In this document: in pieces, positions 37,379-42,968 of the stretch
Numbering within the stretch: the stretch's first letter is position 1
Layout: each line of letters begins with the position of its first letter
Origin: Gemmatimonadales bacterium
GTDB lineage: Bacteria > Gemmatimonadota > Gemmatimonadetes > Gemmatimonadales > Gemmatimonadaceae
NCBI GenBank assembly: GCA_038316215.1
Contig: JBBQAK010000001.1
Span: forward strand, 1-42,968
Direction: 5' to 3'
DNA length: 42,968 nucleotides
Made by a program: the position numbers and the translations under genes
Notes under the pieces: model-generated
What the model saw: only the letters and a program-made list of their open reading frames with translations
Database searches by the model: none
Told to the model about the DNA's origin: nothing

Positions 37379-39667
37379 TCACTGCGGCAGCCGCAATCTT
37401 CCCGCGAGTGCCGCGAAGCGCGGATCTCGCCTGATCGGCGCCCAGCGCGGATCGCGTCGCAGCCAGACCATCCAGTGCGTGCGCTCGGTTACGCCGCGGT
37501 CGAGCCACGCGAATGCACTATCGCGCTGGCCAAGCGACGCGTACACCAGCGCGATGCCGTACGCCGTCACGTACTCACTCGCGCGCAGCGAATCGAGGCG
37601 CGACAGAATCGCGCGGGCTTCGCGCGTATTGCCTTGCGTACCGTATACGTGACCGATCGCGGCCACGGTTGGCACCCAATTGATCAACGACGCGGTTGCC
37701 CGATACTGCTCCAGTGCTTGGTCGAGGCTGCCGCGTTCTTGCAGCACCCGCCCCAGATAGAAATGCGCCAGACCATTCACGCTGTCCGTGCGTAGCGCGA
37801 TGCGTATGCCACGCTCTGCCTTCGCGTTCTGCCCGGCATAGTACTCCACCCAGGCCGCGGTCCCCGCGACGGCCGTCGACAGCGGGTCGAGCACTTGCGC
37901 CGCGTTCTCCTGCGCGCGCGCCTCATCGAAGCGGCCCATCGCCGCGAGGTACAGGCCATACCACTCGTGGGCCGTCGCATAGCCCGGATTGATGGCGAGC
38001 GCACGCTGAAACTCGCGTTCCGCGGTGGGCCAATCCCAGTCGTAGTAGAACGCCACGAAGCCGAGCGTCGCGTGAGGTTCGGCGAGCGATGCATCGAGCT
38101 CCAGTGCGTGCTGCGCGGCGGCACGGGCCTTGGGAAACGCATCGTCCGGGCGGAGTAGGCTCGCGTAGCCAAGCTGGATATAGGCGTCCGCCATGCCCGC
38201 GTATGCCGGCGCGAAGGTGGGATCCCGATCCAGCGCGTCATTGAACAATCCGATCGATCGCAGCAGGCCCGGGCCGCGCTTGTTCCACCAGTAGCGCCCC
38301 CGGATGTACAGGTTGAACGCCGACGAATCCACCGAACGCGGCAGCGATGCCGCTTGCATCACCGGCGGCGCGGTGAGCGTGTGTCCGGCGACGGAGTCGG
38401 CCGCTATGGCCGAGAGCGCCGGAAGATCGTGGCCCGCCGCGGGAAAGGTGTGTGTCCAGCGGCGGTCGTCGCCGGGCCGTGACAGCTCGACGGACAGACG
38501 AACACTGTCGCCCACTCGCCGAACTGTAGACTGCAGGACCGCGTCTGCGTCCAGGATCTGTGCGATCTCGCTGATACTGTGCGAGTTCTCGCGGAACGTC
38601 ATCATCGTGCGCCGGTTGATGACGCGCAGCGCCGGAAAACGCCCGAGGTCGACGATGAGCTGGTCGGTCAACGCGTCGGCGAGATACGGTTGTGTAGCGT
38701 CCGCATCGAGGTCCCTGATGGGGAGCACGGCGAGCACGGGATGGCTGCGCCGATCGACCCGCCGGTACGTCGCGGTGGCGATCGCCACGACCATCGCGGT
38801 CGCCGCGACGCTGCCGAGCAGCCTCCGCCAGTGACGCCTCCAGTACGGCGGGCCGGCAACCGCGCCGACCGATCCCCGCATCGTCGATGCGTCGTCCGTT
38901 GCACGGCGCGCGCGCGCAGGCTCGTCGTCGGACGCACCGACGGAAATCACTGACCGATCGCGCACCGCCTTCATGAGCGACTGCGTTTCCACCGCTGGCT
39001 CGCACGAATACTCCGTCATGAGCCGGCGGGCGAAGCGCTCGTACGCTTCGAGGGCGTCGCCGCGATCGCCCAACTGGTCGAACAGGGCAATCAGCCACCG
39101 CAGCCGCCCCTCGTCATCCGGGGCCAGCGCCGACGCACGGCGCCCCCATTCGACTGCTCCGGCTCGATCATCACCATCCATCGCCGCGGTCGCGAGCGCG
39201 ACCGCGGCGGTGGACGCCAACTGACGCAGTCGAACGCGCTCGACTGCCACCCACTCCTCGAAGTCGGGCGACGCGTCCGACACAAAGAATCCGTCGAGGA
39301 AGTCTCCGGTATACAGCGCCATCGCTGCGCCGAGTTGGCCTCCCACGACGGCCTCATCAAAGCGCACCGCGTCGCAGTCGATGCTCCCGAGACCGACCTC
39401 ATCCTCGCCGCGAGTGACGATGGTCGACGGCCCAAGGGTCCGCCGCAGATAGCTCAGCGCTTGCCGAAGCGCACTGCGCGCGTGCTCATCGTCCAGTTCC
39501 GGCCAAAACAGCGCAACGAGGCGGTCGCGGCGCCGTGTGCGGCCGCGCCCCGCAAGCGCCAGATACACCAGCAGCGCCAACCGTTTCGCTTGAATGGAGA
39601 TCGGTTTCGCCGCCGAAGACGAGCGATCGACGAGTGCCGCCGAGCCGAACGTACGAATCTCCATCAT
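37379..39667 (-). CDS. Membrane-spanning transcriptional regulator: wHTH + BTAD (SARP-like), TM, TolB-N-like, TPR
   Basis: LALLVYLA, LFWPE..ARSALRQAL, FEEWVAVER (BTAD), a TM near residue 285, LAVLPI, and TPR repeats (ALDRDPTFAPAYAG, ALAINPGYATAH). Confidence 0.88.
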   Translation of the reverse strand: MMEIRTFGSAALVDRSSSAAKPISIQAKRLALLVYLALAGRGRTRRRDRLVALFWPELDDEHARSALRQALSYLRRTLGPSTIVTRGEDEVGLGSIDCDAVRFDEAVVGGQLGAAMALYTGDFLDGFFVSDASPDFEEWVAVERVRLRQLASTAAVALATAAMDGDDRAGAVEWGRRASALAPDDEGRLRWLIALFDQLGDRGDALEAYERFARRLMTEYSCEPAVETQSLMKAVRDRSVISVGASDDEPARARRATDDASTMRGSVGAVAGPPYWRRHWRRLLGSVAATAMVVAIATATYRRVDRRSHPVLAVLPIRDLDADATQPYLADALTDQLIVDLGRFPALRVINRRTMMTFRENSHSISEIAQILDADAVLQSTVRRVGDSVRLSVELSRPGDDRRWTHTFPAAGHDLPALSAIAADSVAGHTLTAPPVMQAASLPRSVDSSAFNLYIRGRYWWNKRGPGLLRSIGLFNDALDRDPTFAPAYAGMADAYIQLGYASLLRPDDAFPKARAAAQHALELDASLAEPHATLGFVAFYYDWDWPTAEREFQRALAINPGYATAHEWYGLYLAAMGRFDEARAQENAAQVLDPLSTAVAGTAAWVEYYAGQNAKAERGIRIALRTDSVNGLAHFYLGRVLQERGSLDQALEQYRATASLINWVPTVAAIGHVYGTQGNTREARAILSRLDSLRASEYVTAYGIALVYASLGQRDSAFAWLDRGVTERTHWMVWLRRDPRWAPIRRDPRFAALAGRLRLPQ

Positions 39668-39677
39668 CGACCCCCCT

Positions 39678-39710
39678 CGTCACGGCTGGATCACGGCTTC
39701 GTCACCCCGA
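39678..39710. promoter_or_regulatory. Three 11-bp-phased direct repeats (CGTCACGGCTG/GATCACGGCTT/CGTCACCCCGA), putative wHTH-BTAD binding site
   Basis: TCAC cores at 39680, 39691 and 39702, directly upstream of the BTAD gene RBS. Confidence 0.6.
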
Positions 39711-39782
39711 GCGCGCAGTGTGGCACTTCCCGTGGTCGTTGGTGCTCGAATGTACGAGCGCTGCGATCACACGCCAGCCGTT

Positions 39783-39809
39783 CGGACAACGCCGTCCGGA
39801 CAACGCCGT
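39783..39809. repeat. 13-bp direct repeat x2 (CGGACAACGCCGT), 14-bp period
   Basis: Read directly; lies upstream of the lipoprotein start. Confidence 0.8.
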
Positions 39810-39846
39810 ATTGCTGGGAATGCCACAACATCCTCCGGAGAGTCGC

Positions 39847-40368
39847 ATGCGCCTCATCACTCTTTCTCCCATCCTGCTCGGCCTCGCCGTTGCCGCGTGC
39901 TCGGCCGACACATCGGTTGCGCCACCTCCCGACGTGCTCGCCGCCACGGCGCGCGTCACCACCGGACCGACGCACAACATTGACCTGTACGCGGTTATGG
40001 GGTCCGGTGTAGGTGGAGTGAATGTCACGCCGACCGCAGAAGATCAGGGGACCTTTCACGTGCAGGGCGAGGTGCACATCCGCGGCGCGTTGCCGAACAC
40101 GACCTACATCGTACAGCGTGCTCCAGACCTCAACGTGGCCGATCCGAACTGCACCGGACCGTGGATTTCGTTTCCGATTCCCAACGCCGGACCCGTCGTG
40201 ACCCTGACGACCTCGGCCGGCGGTGCTGGGGCCGCGCACTTCGAGCTGGCGGTAGGCGGGCCTTTCGTGTCGGGACGCGAATTCAATGTCCGTTTCCGGG
40301 TCATCGACTCGGTACTCAATCCGACGTCGGAGTTGCGGAGCGACTGCATCACCGTCACGGTTCGCTAA
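39847..40368 (+). CDS. Hypothetical lipoprotein, beta-rich, two non-lipobox Cys
   Basis: GGAGAG RBS; MRLITLSPILLGLAVAAC lipobox; 173 aa. Confidence 0.8.
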   Translation: MRLITLSPILLGLAVAACSADTSVAPPPDVLAATARVTTGPTHNIDLYAVMGSGVGGVNVTPTAEDQGTFHVQGEVHIRGALPNTTYIVQRAPDLNVADPNCTGPWISFPIPNAGPVVTLTTSAGGAGAAHFELAVGGPFVSGREFNVRFRVIDSVLNPTSELRSDCITVTVR

Positions 40369-40391
40369 GACTCCCGGCTATGCCATCATGC

Positions 40392-40420
40392 AAACGGGGA
40401 GCGAGTATGGCTCCCCGTTT
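40392..40420 (+). terminator. Intrinsic terminator-like hairpin
   Basis: Perfect 11-bp inverted repeat AAACGGGGAGC/GCTCCCCGTTT with a 7-nt loop, just after the lipoprotein stop. Confidence 0.75.
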
Positions 40421-40618
40421 CTGATGTCTCCGGAACGACGGCGGCGTCCTGGTCTACGTACCCGTTACAGGGTATGTCACTACGCGGTACAATGGCTGGG
40501 CTGCTACTGTCTCACGACTCGCGGCTGCGTGCCGCATTGCCGACGAGACGGCCGGGTCGCACGTTCTACGTTCCGGTGCTCGCCAACCAATTCGTCGCCC
40601 GTGCAGGAGATCCGGCCC

Positions 40619-42364
40619 GTGAGGCTCTGCCCGCGTACCGCACCCGCTGTCCTACTGCTCTCGGCCGCCGGCCTGCTGGTCCCTGCGGTCATGACATCGC
40701 AGTCCGCCATGCCGCACCGCGCGATCACCGCCGCCGATTCGCTGCACATCGATTCGCTCCTCACCACGATCGGCGGTGCCCGCCGTGCCACGAGCGCATC
40801 CGGCCCCGGCTGTTCACTCGCCATTGCCCGTGATGGTCGCGTGCAATACCTCGCAATGCGAGGGGCGGCCGTGGTGGAACACAACGTCCTGATTGATAGC
40901 CTGACGACATTCAACGTGGGCTCGATCGGCAAACAATTCACGGCGGCCGCGGTTCTGTTACTGGAACAACGCGGCCGGCTGTCACTCGATGACTCGATCG
41001 CACGCTGGATTCCGACGTGGCCCGCCGCGGCGCCATCCCCACGTGTACGTGACTTGCTGCACCACACCAGCGGCCTGCGCGACTACGGAGCCCTTGGCAT
41101 GCTGGCCGGATCGTTCCCGCGTACGATGCCGGAGTTCCTGACCATGATGCAGCGACAACGCGGTGGCAACTTTCTCCCCGGCGCACGCCATGACTACAGC
41201 CACAGCGACTACACGCTGTTGGCGCTGATCATCGAGCGCGCCGCCGGGATGTCATTCGGACGATTCCTCGAAGACTCCTTGTTCACGCCGGCGGGATTGA
41301 CCCACACGCGCGTGATGGACGACCGCCGGCCACCGCTCGCGGGCCTCGCGCTGGCGTACGACGTCGATCCGCTCAGCGCATCACCAATCGTGCGCACGCG
41401 ATTCCCGTCGTCCGAGATGGTTGGCGGTAACAACGTGTACACCACCGCGCATGACCTGCTGGCCTGGGAGCTCGCACTGCAGGCCGGACAGTTCCTCCCG
41501 TCCTCGGTGGTGCAGGCGCTTCGCGCGCCGCTGGCGGACGTTCCCGCCCCCGTGATGCCCTACGCCTACGGTCGATGGTTCGAGTCTCACCGTACACAAC
41601 GTGTGGTGCACCGCAGTGGCGGTGGCGGAGGATTCGCCACCACGTTCGTGTCGTTTCCGGATGCCAGCGTGGCGGTCGCGTTACTCTGCAATCGTGCCGG
41701 GGCGTACCCCTTCCTCGTGGCCCGCGCGATCGCCGATCAGCTGGCGCCGTCAGCCAACCCGCCGCAGATGGCCGACCACGATACCGTGCCGATGGCCGGC
41801 GAGGCTGCACGTGTTGCCGGTCAGTATCTCCCCCCAGTCACGCCGTGGAATCCGCTGGTACTCAACGCCCACGGCGAGCGTCTGTATGATGTGTTTGACG
41901 GCGACTCAGTCGAGTTCGTGCGACGTCGCGACGGCACGTGGATCGGTGATGAGTACGTGTACACGTTTTCCGTTGACGTCAACGGCCGACCAACGCACAC
42001 CGTGCTGCAGGGCCCGCAGCTGCGCGAGGAATCGGTGCGTGAGGTGGTACGCGCCCCCTGGCGACCGAGTCGCGCCACCTTGTCGCGCTACGCCGCGCGC
42101 TGGTTCAGCGACGAGCTTGAAGTCCGATGGACCACACGGGTCGCACGCGATACGCTGTGGCTGGAACGACCCGGGGCTCCAGCAGTCGCGCTCGAGCCGC
42201 TGCGGCCGGGAGCGTTCCGCGCGTCGGTCCGCAACGGGGCCGGTGTTCCGACGTGGATCGGCGTTTCGTTCGAAGGCCCTGAGAGCGCACGTGACCTGGT
42301 GGTCGGGACGTTCCCCGCGCCGTTCGAATTGGCGGTGGGAGTACGCTTCACCCGAGTACCTTAA
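40619..42364 (+). CDS. Secreted serine hydrolase (beta-lactamase-fold, D-aminopeptidase-like with C-terminal beta domains)
   Basis: GPGCS, GSIGKQF (SxxK), LLHHTSGL, YSHSDY and HRSGG motifs. AGGAG RBS before GTG 40619. Confidence 0.88.
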   Translation: MRLCPRTAPAVLLLSAAGLLVPAVMTSQSAMPHRAITAADSLHIDSLLTTIGGARRATSASGPGCSLAIARDGRVQYLAMRGAAVVEHNVLIDSLTTFNVGSIGKQFTAAAVLLLEQRGRLSLDDSIARWIPTWPAAAPSPRVRDLLHHTSGLRDYGALGMLAGSFPRTMPEFLTMMQRQRGGNFLPGARHDYSHSDYTLLALIIERAAGMSFGRFLEDSLFTPAGLTHTRVMDDRRPPLAGLALAYDVDPLSASPIVRTRFPSSEMVGGNNVYTTAHDLLAWELALQAGQFLPSSVVQALRAPLADVPAPVMPYAYGRWFESHRTQRVVHRSGGGGGFATTFVSFPDASVAVALLCNRAGAYPFLVARAIADQLAPSANPPQMADHDTVPMAGEAARVAGQYLPPVTPWNPLVLNAHGERLYDVFDGDSVEFVRRRDGTWIGDEYVYTFSVDVNGRPTHTVLQGPQLREESVREVVRAPWRPSRATLSRYAARWFSDELEVRWTTRVARDTLWLERPGAPAVALEPLRPGAFRASVRNGAGVPTWIGVSFEGPESARDLVVGTFPAPFELAVGVRFTRVP

Positions 42365-42378
42365 CGCGAAGGAATGGC

Positions 42379-42939
42379 ATGAACTCCGATGATTTAACGC
42401 GCGCGCAGCGCGAGGCGCAGTCTATGTGGCGATGGATTGGACGCGAGCGGCCTCCGTTCGCGGAAACCCTCGGCATCGGCCAGGAATCAGTGTGGGACTA
42501 TCCGCGTCCGCCAGCGCTCGTCGCGGAACCCCGCGAAGTGGTGGTTCGGGTTGGCGGCGTGGAGATCGTGCGCACGTCGCGCGCACTCCGGTTGATGGAA
42601 ACGGCCAGCCCTCCCAGCTACTACCTCCCGTTTGCGGACGCAACACCCGGCGCCTTCGAGCCCACGCCGGGTGCATCACATTGCGAATGGAAAGGCACCG
42701 CGCGCTACTGGACCGTCGTGGGCGGTGACACGCGCCTTGAGCGGGCGGCGTGGTCGTACGACCGACCATCGGCGCCCTTCACCATGCTGCGCGATCATGT
42801 GGCGCTCTACGCCGTCCACGCAGAATGCTTCGTGGATGGGGAGCGCGTGCGTCCGCAGGATGGTGGCTTTTACGGCGGCTGGGTCACCGACCGCATTGTG
42901 GGTCCGTGGAAGGGCGCGGCGGGTACGAACGGCTGGTAG
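42379..42939 (+). CDS. DUF427 domain protein
   Basis: QESVWDYPRPP, ETASPPSYYLP, SHCEWKG and GFYGGWVT motifs. Confidence 0.9.
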   Translation: MNSDDLTRAQREAQSMWRWIGRERPPFAETLGIGQESVWDYPRPPALVAEPREVVVRVGGVEIVRTSRALRLMETASPPSYYLPFADATPGAFEPTPGASHCEWKGTARYWTVVGGDTRLERAAWSYDRPSAPFTMLRDHVALYAVHAECFVDGERVRPQDGGFYGGWVTDRIVGPWKGAAGTNGW

Positions 42940-42968
42940 CGAAGGGGGCTCACCGCGCCGGTGGCACG

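Noticed and set aside
32716-42364. Serine hydrolases and ABC-F as antibiotic-resistance genes
   Set aside because: The motifs only place them in broad esterase/peptidase and ABC-F families. No resistance-specific signature or mobile context is visible.

Overview
High-GC bacterial chromosomal window. The gene style (membrane-spanning BTAD-TPR regulator, serine hydrolases, FG-GAP protein) suggests Gemmatimonadota, but that is inference only. Left to right: a minus-strand operon (DUF1028/Ntn-like gene broken by one in-frame TAG, YbhB/YbcL, PLP dehydratase, MFS); divergent glgA/glgC; TIGR04076 + aldo/keto reductase; a sulfatase; a UDP-xylose synthase/GT2/GT-C-like trio; an FG-GAP protein; a copper locus (G-tract promoter, copZ, an unlisted 40-aa membrane peptide, copA); a complete 14-gene nuoA-N complex I operon; an M20 peptidase; two serine hydrolases; two bPH_2 membrane proteins; an ABC-F; a BTAD-TM-TPR regulator with phased 11-bp repeats facing a lipoprotein; and DUF427. 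The best candidate for something new is the complex I. Its NuoF lacks the NADH-selecting Glu (CGEET to CGEAS) and has Arg where the adenine-stacking Phe normally sits (KPPFP to RPPRL), while the Fe-S, quinone-site and pump motifs checked are intact. This predicts a natural NADPH-preferring proton-pumping complex I. No rRNA, tRNA, CRISPR array or mobile element was seen.
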